This document shows, piece by piece, positions 24,781 through 36,316 of a DNA stretch of 64,000 nt. Each line of letters begins with the position of its first letter. The stretch's first letter is position 1. The notes under the pieces are model-generated. The model did no database searches, was not told the origin of the DNA, and saw nothing but the letters and a program-made list of their open reading frames with translations. A program made the translations under genes and the position numbers. The DNA comes from Octopus sinensis (Eukaryota), in the NCBI RefSeq assembly GCF_006345805.1, contig NC_042998.1, positions 19,344,001 through 19,408,000 on the forward strand. Direction: 5' to 3'.

Positions 24781-25122
24781 TTCTATATTTAAGAGATGAG
24801 GAATTATGTACATTATCAACATTATTTACATTTGACGTATATTTATCCGTGGGCATATGGCGTAGTGGTTAAGAGCGCGGGCTACTAACACCAAGATTTC
24901 GAGTTCGATTCCAGGCAATGACCTGAATAATAACAATGATAATAATAATAATCATAATAATAATAACATCGAGAAAAACCTTAGGAATGAGAACCGAAGT
25001 TCGAAATTTCCCCATTACACCCGATGGAGGCTGGTGGTTATATCAGCCGAAACGTTGTGTTAAGAACAGACAAGATGAGGACAAATATCCGTCAAATGTA
25101 AATAATGTAAATAATGTAAATA
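24781..25122 (+). mobile_element. Family H (tRNA head + hammerhead tail) copy 2, with 64-bp inverted tail at its 5' side
   Basis: 24781-24844 is the reverse complement of the family tail; head GGGCATATGGCGTAGTGGTTAAGAGCG...GAGTTCGATTCC; hammerhead 25016-25061 with mutated core CCGATGG. Confidence 0.8.
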
Positions 25123-25279
25123 TTGTAGTATTATTCGCAGTTGATAAAACTTTTATTCTTCTTTGTAAATCTGGAACATTCTAAAGTATTTACTCCTTTA
25201 CAACTTCGAGTTATTTCATCATATCTATGTAACGTGTGTAAAGGGTTTGTTATATAAATGTGTGTGTGTGTGTGTGTGT

Positions 25280-25562
25280 GTGGTGGGGGGAATGCTCGAG
25301 TTCAAGTGGTTAGGGTTCTGCACTTACAATAACTATACCAGAAACAGTCAGCTCGTTCTGGTCTCGAGAAAAACACTTCATTTCAACTGGTTTTATTTCA
25401 TTCAGCTGTAAAGGGGTGGCCCTTTGATGGCATAGACATCCGATCGGGGAGCGGGGGTGCTGACCTACTCACCTAGCCAGTGGAGTGGCATAAATCGAAA
25501 GCCATGCAAAAGAAGCGCATTGTGACCAGCGAAGTATAGCAACATCCGATAGCCTGATCGAT
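25280..25562 (+). mobile_element. Degenerate SINE with alternative tail (GCATTGTGACCAGCGA.GT.TA.CAACATC)
   Basis: Core GAGAAAAACACTTCATTTCA; tail matches the reverse complement of 60038-60130. Confidence 0.65.
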
Positions 25563-25592
25563 ATATGATCGATCTATCTATCTATCTATCTA

Positions 25593-25638
<46 letters not shown>

Positions 25639-25803
25639 GGCACAGAAAGTGTGTCTATAGCCAGCTGGAGGAGGTGTCTTCCTGGGGCTACAAACTACAG
25701 TAGCATCCACCCTTAGGGGTTAGCCATATTCAAATGGCAAATATACGTCACGATGTGTTGCCGCTACTGTTTATAACTCGCTCTGAGATTTATCATTATA
25801 TAT

Positions 25804-25882
<79 letters not shown>

Positions 25883-27420
25883 TATCATACGTAGTAGGGA
25901 ATTGTATCAAAAATTTATGAAAAATAAGTAGTAATCATATAATGGAGAGGTTGAGAAAGCTTTGTTTAACTAGTATATAGAATAAAGATAGATGGAGAGA
26001 TGTGTGGTTGAAATAAGATAAAGTTGAGTTGAGTTATGCAAAATCAAATAAAATTAGAGGCCAGATATTATTTCAAATTAAACAAAATGAAAGGAATATT
26101 CATTATTCTAATTTTCAGTTTGCTTTAATGTTAATTTTATAAAGTTTAGTTATAGTTCAAATTTTAAACCGTAATCTATTTAATGGTTTAAGTTAAAATT
26201 TTTTACGAGCATCTAGCAAGGAGCCGAAACCTGCTACTAGTCATAACACCTTCCGGCAGCAACCTCTCTAGCCAGGATATGGCCCCATACTCCACGGCAG
26301 TCTGAAATGCTTCACATGACCGTGTGAATTAAACCGAATCTCCTATTCAAAATTGTGGGACGCATGATGTCAACCTCAATGGGGAGAGCCAAAAATAGTC
26401 AGTGTTTGGGTGAACTTGGTTTGGGTGAACTTGCCTACGTCACGTGATATAGTGTTCAGGGAGCAATGAGCAAGAGGCATGATTTTCTCAATTTGATCGC
26501 CAGCGCGAATATTCATGATTGCGACTATATTCCAATATTTAAATGGTTTCCACTCCACCGTGTCATTTAACTTTTCCTCAACTACAAATTTAACCATTAT
26601 GGTCTCCAAGGCCGTTGAGTGCTTACCAACCTGGCAAACTGTTACTAAAAATAGGAGACATAAAAAAATCATGAAATTTATCCCGGACAGCCTGCACAAT
26701 AATGCAGATACAAAAATATAGGTTCGTGATTGTGTTTGTATGTGTATTATCCTTCTCTTCTATAGAGCTGGGTTAGTTGCTTCAGATAGCTCAAACTCAG
26801 TTGCCGAAATTAACGAGAAGAGTACTCAAGGTTTAAAGAATAACACCAATTTAAGATCATTAAACAGTACATATCAACTGTTGTTTTCAAAATATCATTC
26901 ATTTGATAATTAGTTAGGGTAAGAATTTTTGTATATTTGTTTTCATACCAAGTACTAAAATGTCATCAATAGAAATAATTAATTAAAATAAATACGAACG
27001 CTTAGCCTCAATTTTAGAACTGTAAATTATATTAGGAGAAATTAATCAATTATATTAAATTTGATGAAATAATGGAATTGGGCATTAAAAATTTATCTTT
27101 GTCAAATTTATTATTCGAAAATTATCTTTCTCTTTCATTTCAATGATTTTAAATCTGAAAATAAACGAAAAATTATATAATTACCTTTGAGTTTGGTAAT
27201 TTGTTATGCAAAAACTTTGCATGGCTGTTTACTGTTATTCTTCTGCTCATTTTCCTATTAATCTCCTCCTGGATATTATGAGTGGATTCGCCAAGGACAG
27301 AAAATATTTGTCAAAAAAGGACAGTTGGTGTTAACAACAAACAAGATGAGAACAAGTGTCCGTCGAATGTAAATCATGTAAATAATATATTTGCAGACAT
27401 CATTTAGGTTAAACTATTCA

Positions 27421-27600
27421 GTTCTATATTTAATAGATGAGGAAGAATGTACATTATTTATATTCGACGGATATTTGTCCTCATCTTGTTTGTTATTAAC
27501 ACAACGTTTCGACTGATATATACCCTCCAGCCTTCTTCAGGTGTCATGGGGAAATTTCAAACCTGGGTTCTCATTCTTAAGGTATTTTTCGATGTTGCTG
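27421..27600 (-). mobile_element. Family H copy 3 (tail plus hammerhead; head replaced at (TTA)n), with a partial opposite-strand tail at 27328-27388
   Basis: Reverse complement matches copies 1 and 2 from CATCGAAAAATACCTTAAGAATGAGAACC to CATCTATTAAATATAGAAC. Confidence 0.85.
27498..27545 (-). ncRNA. Minimal type I hammerhead ribozyme motif, intact core
   Basis: GACAC-CTGAAGA-A-GGCTG-GAGGGTATATAT-CAGTC-GAAA-CGTT-GTGTT; helices I and II pair, helix III is the palindrome ACGT. Confidence 0.72.
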
Positions 27601-27614
27601 TTATTATTATTATG

Positions 27615-27657
<43 letters not shown>

Positions 27658-27662
<5 letters not shown>

Positions 27663-27829
27663 TAGTTTTATTTTTATAGCGTGCTTTCATTTCACTACCG
27701 AGCGCAGCTCTGTGTGCCTTGGGTATGTGCTGTGATTTGTTGTGATGCTCTGATGGTTATTGTATGGAAAGTGTTCTGCGTAGGATGTGTGCAGTGCCTA
27801 GTAGTGCAATTTTCTGTATGTTATATGTG
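27658..27829 (-). mobile_element. 3' end of an RLE-type (R4/Dong-like) non-LTR retrotransposon with (TAA)n tail
   Basis: Translation TYNIQKIALLGTAHILRRTLSIQ* (27828-27757), typical of the RLE C-terminus, then about 100-nt 3' UTR into (TAA)n. Confidence 0.8.
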
Positions 27830-27913
27830 TTTGAGACAGACGGACGGACGGACGAACGGACGGACAGACAAACAGACAGACAGATAGACAGACAGATATA
27901 TATATATATATAT

Positions 27914-27953
<40 letters not shown>

Positions 27954-29079
27954 TATATTATTTATATTATATTATATTACATTACATTACAAATATATAT
28001 GTGGCTGTGTGTTTGCGTTTGTATATGTTCGTGTATTTAGCATAATCCTAGTTCATCTGACAAAACCTGGACACAAAATGAAAATATTAACTTAATCTCT
28101 TTGATCATTCTATTCTCCATTTCAAAACAATTTTACGTACTTGAGTTGTATTAGTGGGAGAATAAATTAGATCTTTCGAGATTTAAAATAACAATCAATC
28201 ATTTAAAAAAGAAAAAAAATCGTATCGCCTCCGGATGTTGTTTTCATCGGTCTGTTAGTATTTTATGTAATTAACAGAAACCGAAAACAGTTGAACTTGT
28301 GTAAACAAAAATCTAATCTTCCTGACTTCGTCTATTTTTGCAGTTCTCTACTGTGCAGGTTATAAACGTTGATTCAATAGCTGTGAGATTTTATTTAAAA
28401 TTAAATTTGGAAACTAAGAATTTTAGTCACATCCATCGATCCTATTTTCGGTAATTTTCTTTCTTCATTTGCATTCTTATAGTTTTTCTTCCTCGTCTTT
28501 GTAAAATTACTATATACATTCGGTTTGCAATTACTAATTAGTTTGATAATATAAATTAGGCTTTCGTATGCATCAGTTACACTCTCATTTCTGGTATTGG
28601 ACATGCATAATAATGCGTAATAATGAAATTTTGTTATGTTATTGAGTTTATTAACATTTTCAATTATTTAAGATTAGAATAAAAATCCAATATAGTTTCC
28701 TGCATAATATTTCATATTGTATCGCAATCACACATTCAAAAAATAAGCACACTTTCAAATTCACTTCTACACCTCATTTATATTTTATATCAATATAAAT
28801 CCGACAGCAACGCAAAAATTAATTTGCAGATTGTTTTTAATTAATTTTATATAATACGACTGAAATTTATACTAACAGAGCAAGTAAAATATGCAAACCG
28901 CTTGGGTTATCAGTAATTTTAGAAGCAGAGTCGTGCAAATATGCATGAAAGAGCCAACGAAGACAAACTTTTTATTACTATAATTTATAGAAATTTTCTT
29001 GCTCAACTAGATGACGGAAAGATCATTCTCGTATAGGATATCCATATTTTAATGTGACACGACTGTCAAATTTAATCAA

Positions 29080-29500
29080 AGGCGCAGGAGTGGCTGTGTG
29101 GTAAGTAGCTTGTTTACCAACCACATGGTTCCGGGTTCAATCCCACTGCGTGGCAGCTTGGGCAAGTGTCTTCTACTATAGCCTCGAGTCGACCAAAGCC
29201 TTGTGAGTGGATTTGGTAGACGGAAACTGAAAGAAGCCTGTCGTATATATGTATATATATATATATGTATATGTATATGTATGTGTTTGTGTGTCTGTGT
29301 TTGTCCCCCTAGCATTGCTTGACAACCGATGCTGGTTTGTTTATGTCTCCGTTACTTAGCGTTTCGGCAAAAGAGACCGATAGAATAAGTACTAGGCTTA
29401 CAAAAGAATAAGTCCCGGGGTCGAGTTGCTCGATTAAAGGCGGTGCTCCAGCATGGCCGCAGTCAAATGACTGAATCAAGTTAAAGAGTAAAAGAGTAAA
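29080..29500 (+). mobile_element. SINE family A, full length
   Basis: Complete head, internal microsatellite and GTAAAAGAG tail. Confidence 0.94.
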
Positions 29501-30181
29501 GTAGTAAACAGCCCAAAAATATATATGTATGTTGTGAAGAGAGAGATAGGTGTAAGGGAAAGAACGAGGCTAGTAAACAATAAAAGCACCAGCTACAAGG
29601 GCCAAACCAACGCAACTCTGGAGATATCGGAAAATATTGTTTCGTCCTCGTTTCCAAACTTTATCGAAAGAACAACTATAAGAAATATGAGGAAATATAC
29701 AAAGTAGTAAGTTTTAAATTAAACATACAATGAGCCAAGTATATTTTTGGTTTTCTATATCAGAAAATATCGTAAAATGGACGCTTCAGAATATTGACAT
29801 ATTTTAATGAATTTCTACTTAATTTTTGTGATTCTTCTGACGTAAGAAAGTCATTTCTGTTTGTTATTCTAAACGTTCTTGGCTTTGGGTAAACGAGAAT
29901 AAAGGAAGATCAGTCAATTATGATTTTATTCAACATATTTCCCTCTCAGATTCACACACTTATTGTAGCGGTCCTTCAGTTTTTCTAAAGCCTATAGAAG
30001 AACTCGGAAGGTAATGCCTCCACCCGGGCCTTTCTAAATACCCCTTAACCCAGATCCCCGTTGTATTTAACATTTTCTACAAAGAATATCACTATACGAA
30101 AACAGGAGAAAATCATGAAAACACACAGAAATATTTATAACCGTATAAGATTTGCACAAATAGTGAAGAGATCCCCTTTTC

Positions 30182-30425
30182 TCACCGGAGATGAACTTAT
30201 CTGCGACGATTTCATCTCAATCGAAGGAGAGGGGCTTTCTCCGTCCGGATCCGTGGAATAAGCTGCCGGACGAGATAGTGAATATGCCGACGACCACTCG
30301 GTTCAAAGTCTCCCTCGACCACAAGTGGCCTGAACTCTTTACATGAACACCACCCATAACTCAATGCCCCCTTACATGGCTTTGCTTTTTGCTTTTTGAG
30401 CCAAAAAATTAACTAACTTAACTAG
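30182..30425 (+). mobile_element. CR1-like LINE 3' fragment
   Basis: Matches the 3' end of the 52005-55470 element, including CTGCGACGATTTCATCTCAATCGAAGGAGAGG and the AACT tail. Confidence 0.92.
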
Positions 30426-31056
30426 TTCAGTGAAATACGTCTCTCTATGGAGAAAACAGGCCCATCTCTACTTAGGTGTTCTTTATCTCTTTCGGTCGTT
30501 TTCTTTGATTCCTTTACCGTTTCATCGAATCGATTTGCCGATCCAATTCGGCCTCCATCTTCCCCATGCCAGTAATTGTCTGAAGATGTATACACATGAA
30601 GAGGTGTTTATCGCTTCACTGTTGTTGCTGGTACTGTGGGGATGTACGGCCTTCAGCGCTTGTAGCACACAGAGTACGTTATTGGGTTTGTTGGCTACAT
30701 CCTGTCTATTCGGGAGCAATTTATTTTAACTCAAGAGTGGTAAGTGTCGACTTAAGGTCAGTAGTATCGATGATCCTATTGTTGGTTTATAGTTCTTCTT
30801 TTGCTTGCTTTCTGTCCACAGGCTACTTATACATGTACATGCGTATCAGCTGGCCTTCCTCTAAGTTATATGTAGAATTTGTACCGAGTGCTGGATTGCC
30901 AGGACCTTAGTCCACGACAAACACCCATTCCCTCGACATATGTCCTACGTTCTGCTTTATATCGTGTAGGTCCCTTTGAATCTGAACGTTCGTGGCCGTT
31001 TCCAGGCGACTAGATTTGAGGCTGATACATTTAAACGTTATTATTTTTCTAATCAT

Positions 31057-31232
31057 AATGGCGGCCAGCTGGAAGAAACATTAGCATGCAAATGCTTACC
31101 TCCTGAGCGTAAATTCCGTCGGGGTCGACTTTGACTTTCATCATTTCGGAGTGGATGAAATAAGTACCAGTTGTATACTGGAATTAATGTAACCGACGAG
31201 CTCACACTCAAAAGATTTCAGGTTTATGCCTA
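31057..31232 (+). mobile_element. SINE family B, degenerate
   Basis: GGCGGCCAGCTGG..AGAAAC...GTCGACTTTGACTTTCATC. Confidence 0.78.
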
Positions 31233-31408
31233 TAAGCGTAGGAGTGGGTATGTGGTTAGTAGCTTGCTTACGAACCACATGATTCCGGGTTCAGTCCCAC
31301 TGCGTAGCACCTTGGCCGACCAAATCCTTGCGAGTGGATTTCGTAGACGAAAACTGAAAGAAGCCCGTCGTATATATGTATGTGTATATATATAAATAAA
31401 TATATATA

Positions 31409-31466
<58 letters not shown>

Positions 31467-31716
31467 TGTATGTATGTATGTGTGTGTGTGTATATATGTT
31501 TGTGTGTCTGTGTTTGTCTCCCCAACGTCGCTTGACATCCGATGCTGGTGTGTTTACGTCCCTGTAGCTTAGCGGTTCGGTAAAAGAGACCGATAAAATA
31601 AGTAATAGGCTTACAAAGAATAAGCCCAGGGCTCGATTTACTCGACTAAAGGCGGTGCTCCAGCATGGCCACAGTCAAATGACTGAAACAAGTAAAAGAG
31701 TAAAGAGTAAAGAGTA
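31233..31716 (+). mobile_element. SINE family A
   Basis: Near-complete copy with a small internal deletion. Confidence 0.93.
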
Positions 31717-31788
31717 TAGAGGAAATTAGTATTTTTTCTTACCATAGCAGCCCGCGTGTCAGAGGTGGGGGTTCAATCTCTGCCCTTC

Positions 31789-32198
31789 TACTCTTTTACT
31801 CTTTTACTTGTTTCAGTCATTTGACTGCGGCCATGCTGGAGCACCCTTTAGTCGAGCAACTCGACCCCGGGACTTATTCTTTGTAAGCCCAGTACTTATT
31901 CTATCGGTCTCTTTTGCCGAAACGCTAAGTGACGGGGACGTAAACTCACCAGCATCGGTCGTCAAGCAATTCTAGGGGAACAAACACAGACACACAAACA
32001 TACACGCACATACATATATATATATACATATATACGGCGGGCTTCTTTCAGATTCCATCTACCAAATCCACTCACAAGGCTTCGGTCGGCCCGAGGCTAT
32101 AGTAGAAGAGACTTGCCCAAGATACCACGCAGTGGGACTGAACCCGGAACCATGTGGTTGGCAAGCAAGCTACTTACCACACAGCCACTCCTGCGCCT
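31789..32198 (-). mobile_element. SINE family A, inverted relative to 31233-31716
   Basis: Complete copy on the minus strand about 72 bp from the preceding copy. Confidence 0.93.
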
Positions 32199-32983
32199 CA
32201 AGTTCTCTAAATCTATCTTCGCTAAAGAATCTTTGGAATTGTTACTGTAGAGTTTAACTGTTTCCTCTGCTTCCATTACTACACCTGCTGTCTTTTTCCA
32301 CTTCGTAATTATTATTAATGTTATAGTATTTCAGCTGCTGTACTGTTGGCAGTGTTGCTGTCAATGGACCCGCTACCACTGCTACCTGTGTTTGCTGTCA
32401 TTGTTTCGACGGCTACTGCTGCGAAGAGTATTGTTTCTACTGTCGCTGGTACCGACCCCCTTCCTCACTGGTTCGAGACATAGATTTTGAACTGTAAATA
32501 TCTCCGTCAACTTCTCCTCATGCATTACTTTCCATAATTTTATTTTTAACGTTGTTCCTGCCTCCACGCTCCGTCATCTTGCACACATTTTCAGAGGAGA
32601 AGTTGGAGGCGGTGGAGGAAAGTCTTCATTTGTTAATGCGTTGGTGGGAGGAAGGGTTTTCTTTCTAATTGCCTGGTATTGTCATTTGTGTGTGGATATA
32701 TTTTTCAAAACGCCAAGAGTGTTTTATTTTAATTTTTTCCAGAGAAAACTATTGTCCCTTACCGGGAAAAATAAGCGCTGAGATTCCTGATCATGTCAAC
32801 CAGCAAAGACATTTCTGGTCTTCTCATTAACAACATACAACAAGAGTACTGCGCATAAAACGATAACAAAGGGGGTAAAAACAACAATTATACATGTACG
32901 TATGTTACTATTCCACAATGAATAATACTAATACTAATAAAAGAAACAAATCGGCTACACGAAAAATGGTCAAATCCGTGTTG

Positions 32984-33036
<53 letters not shown>

Positions 33037-33178
33037 TGAGTGAGAGAGCAGTTCATGCCATCAAAATGACACTGGGGTAAAATATACGAAGCCCAATATA
33101 CCCATGATGACTACCCGTCTGATAAGGGTACACTAGGCACATGCATCACAACCATATGTGCGCGACACGGTGATCTCA
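33037..33178 (-). mobile_element. Probable 5'-truncated LINE 3' UTR inserted within a (TAA)n array
   Basis: 142-bp non-repetitive segment bounded by (TTA)n on both sides (about 32985-33035 and 33178-33218); no coding remnant, so class is inferred. Confidence 0.55.
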
Positions 33179-33327
33179 TTATTATTATTATTATCATTAT
33201 TATTATCATTATTATTATTTGTTTGTTTGTTTTTCAGTTAAGATTTTAAGTTTATTTGGCAAAGTGCGACTGCAAATGGTATGACAAGTTATGATCGTTT
33301 GATGTAACAGGTATTAATTTAGACATC

Positions 33328-33560
33328 TAAGGCGGCGAGCTAGCAGAAGCGTTAGCACGCCGGGCGAAATGCTTTGCAGTATTTCGTCTGCCGTTACGTT
33401 GTGAGTTCAAAATCTGCCGAGGTCGACTTTGCCTTTCATCCTTTTAGGATTGATAAATTAGGCACCACTTACGCACTGGGGTCGATTTAATCGACTTAAT
33501 ACCTATGTCTGTCCTTGTTTGTCCCCTCTATGTTTAGCCCCTTGTGCGTAATAAAGAAAC
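33328..33560 (+). mobile_element. SINE family B
   Basis: Full head and tail ending TAATAAAGAAA. Confidence 0.92.
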
Positions 33561-34235
33561 ATGTATTAATTTAGATATCTGAAACTTAAATATCCACTGA
33601 ATCAGAGATTTACAAACATAAATGGCTTCTGAAATATGTTTTTGTATATGAATATCTTAATTGGTCTCTTTACAAGAAATAAATACTTCTGCAGTCAACA
33701 ATAACATTGGCATTACCACATTGTTAAGAAGGTGAGAGATTATAATGTAACAAGAAAATGTTTGAGTAATTGTATAATAGAGAGAAAAACCTTATTTTGT
33801 AATATTGATTTCTTTTGACTAAGACTACGGCAAGTTTGGAGGGAAGGATTAAAATTTATTGCAAAGAGTATTGTGAGAAAATCTTATCAACCTAATACGG
33901 ATTAAGAACAAAGCTCATACCAGGGAAGTCTAAAGTTGCAAAATAAGCGTAGAAAGTAAACATCTATATTTATTAAATAAGAACCCTGAGGCATGTACCT
34001 AATTCTATAATTCGTCTCTTACAAATCTGAATTATTTCTGCCACGTCCATTTCCTTCTCTATACTAAGATTTAGAGCTTAATGGTTCCAAAACAAACATA
34101 GTGGAATACAGCCTCAAATATTTAAATGAAATATATCTGCCTAGCACTAATGAATAGCTAACTCATCAGTTAATCCATCACAGAGCAGCGTACTAAACAT
34201 TTGCTTCTCAGATAGTTGCAATACAAGTGAGAACA

Positions 34236-34466
34236 AAGGCGGTGAGCTGGCAGAATCGTTAGCACGCCAGGCGAAATGCTTAGTGATATTTCGTCTGCCA
34301 CTATGTTCTGAGTTCAAATTCCGCCGAGGTCGACTTTGCCTTTCATCCTTTCAGAGTCGATTAAATAAGTACCAGTTACACACTCGGTTCAATGTAATTG
34401 ACTTAGTCTCTTTGTCTGTATTTGTTTGTCCCTTATATGTTTAGCCCCTTGTGGGCAATAAAGAAT
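34236..34466 (+). mobile_element. SINE family B
   Basis: Full head and tail. Confidence 0.92.
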
Positions 34467-35194
34467 TAAATACAAGTAAGAACGGCGTGGCTAAGTTACA
34501 TTACTTTTGCAGGCACGAAGTGATGTTTGGTGGAATTTGAACTTAAACAGCGGGGAAATATATCGCAAAGAATTTGTAGCAAAACCTAACGATTCTCTCA
34601 GTTCAGCATTATCCAATGTAAATTAACATGTGTCTATATTTCGATGTTGAATATCATGCAAGAAGTGGGACTGATTTAAGTGAACCGGTCAACACTGCAA
34701 GAAACGTTTGATTTCAGCCGATGTAATGAACCATTATGAAATTCGCGCGCTGGAAATATATTTACGATATACAGTGATGTATGAGTTGACATGGAAACAG
34801 TCACAACCCCGCTTTCTTTAATGCCAATATAGTCTCAAATTGCTTATTGATAATCATTGATGATATGGAATGTGAAATATTTAAGACATTGAGAGGAAAT
34901 ATTTATTCCCACTTCAACGTGGATGCTCTGTTAGGAAAAAAAAACTCTACTGCAGTAGATTCCATAAGAGAAACTCTCATATAGGTTTTTGGTGAAAAAT
35001 GCATGCTTGTTTCTATCGCTAGCGGGCAGATAAATCATCACCAACACAAACATCGAGTTGACCAGGTGTCATGATTTCAACCTACCATGGTATCATCAAT
35101 GATAGAACCTCAACCACTAGAGGTAGCATCTCACCGACAGTGTGTGTGTGTGTGTGTGTTTGCGTGTGTACTTATGCACACACACACACACAAA

Positions 35195-35251
<57 letters not shown>

Positions 35252-35288
35252 GAAATAGACGAAAACTGGGCAGAAATATAACAGACGA

Positions 35289-35690
35289 AAGCGACAAGCT
35301 GGCAGAAACGTTAGCATGCCGGGTGAAATGCTCAGCGGCATTTCGTCTGCTGATACGTTCTGAGTTAAAATTCCGCCGAGGTCGACTTCGCCTTTCATCC
35401 TTTCGGAGTCGATTAAATAAGTACCAGTCGATATAATCGACTTAATCCGTTTGTCTGTCCTTGTTTGTCCTCTCTGTGTTTAGCCCCTAGTGGGTAGTAA
35501 AGATATAGGCATTTCGTCTGCCACTACGTTCTGAATTAAAATTCCGCCGAGGTCGACTTTGCCTTTCATCCATTCGGGGCCGATGAATTAAGTATCAGTT
35601 ATGCACTTGGGTCGATGTTATCGACTTAACCCCTTTGTCTGTCCTTGTTTGTCCCCTCTACGTTTAGCCTCTTGTGGGCAATAAAGAAAT
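35289..35690 (+). mobile_element. SINE family B, dimeric form
   Basis: Full unit followed by a headless second unit joined at GTAGTAAAGATATAGGCATTTCGTCTGCC. Confidence 0.9.
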
Positions 35691-35901
35691 AAAATAAGAA
35701 ACATAACGGACAGAAAAGGGAGAGAAAAGCATATAATCATATGCTGAGCTGAGGTGAAACAGTATGCAACGCAAAGGAAATCAAAGTCATGTGTTGAACC
35801 TCTGGAAGTATTTCTCTTTTCTATTGTAAGTACCACAGATAAAATTTATGATATGAATTCATATATTTTTAAATAATTCACTAATGTGACACAATCATTT
35901 A

Positions 35902-36116
35902 TTCTTTTATTCTTTTACTTGTTTCAGTTATTTGACTGCGGCCATGCTGGGGCACCGACTTGAAGGATTTTAGCCGAACAATTCGATCCTACAACTTACT
36001 TTTAATCCTAGTACTTATTCTATCAGTCTGTTTTGCCGAACTGCTAACTTACGTGATCTAAACACACCAAAATCGGTTGTCACACGATGGTGGGGAGACA
36101 AACACACAGAAATATA

Positions 36117-36150
<34 letters not shown>

Positions 36151-36316
36151 CTACAGGTAACTTTCTGTTCATATTTACCCAATCTACCCACTCACAAGAC
36201 TTGGTCAGCCCGACGCTGTAGTAGAAGACATCTGGACAAGAGGTCACATAGTAGGGCCGATCCCGAAACAATGTGGTTGAGAAGCGACCATCTTACCACA
36301 CATCCACGCCTGTGCT
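35902..36316 (-). mobile_element. SINE family A, older/degenerate
   Basis: Recognisable head, body and tail with many substitutions. Confidence 0.85.

Noticed and set aside
32330-32700. GC-richer segment with EDFPPPPP-like translation, possibly a LINE ORF1 remnant
   Set aside because: Multiple stops and a single copy; the class cannot be supported.
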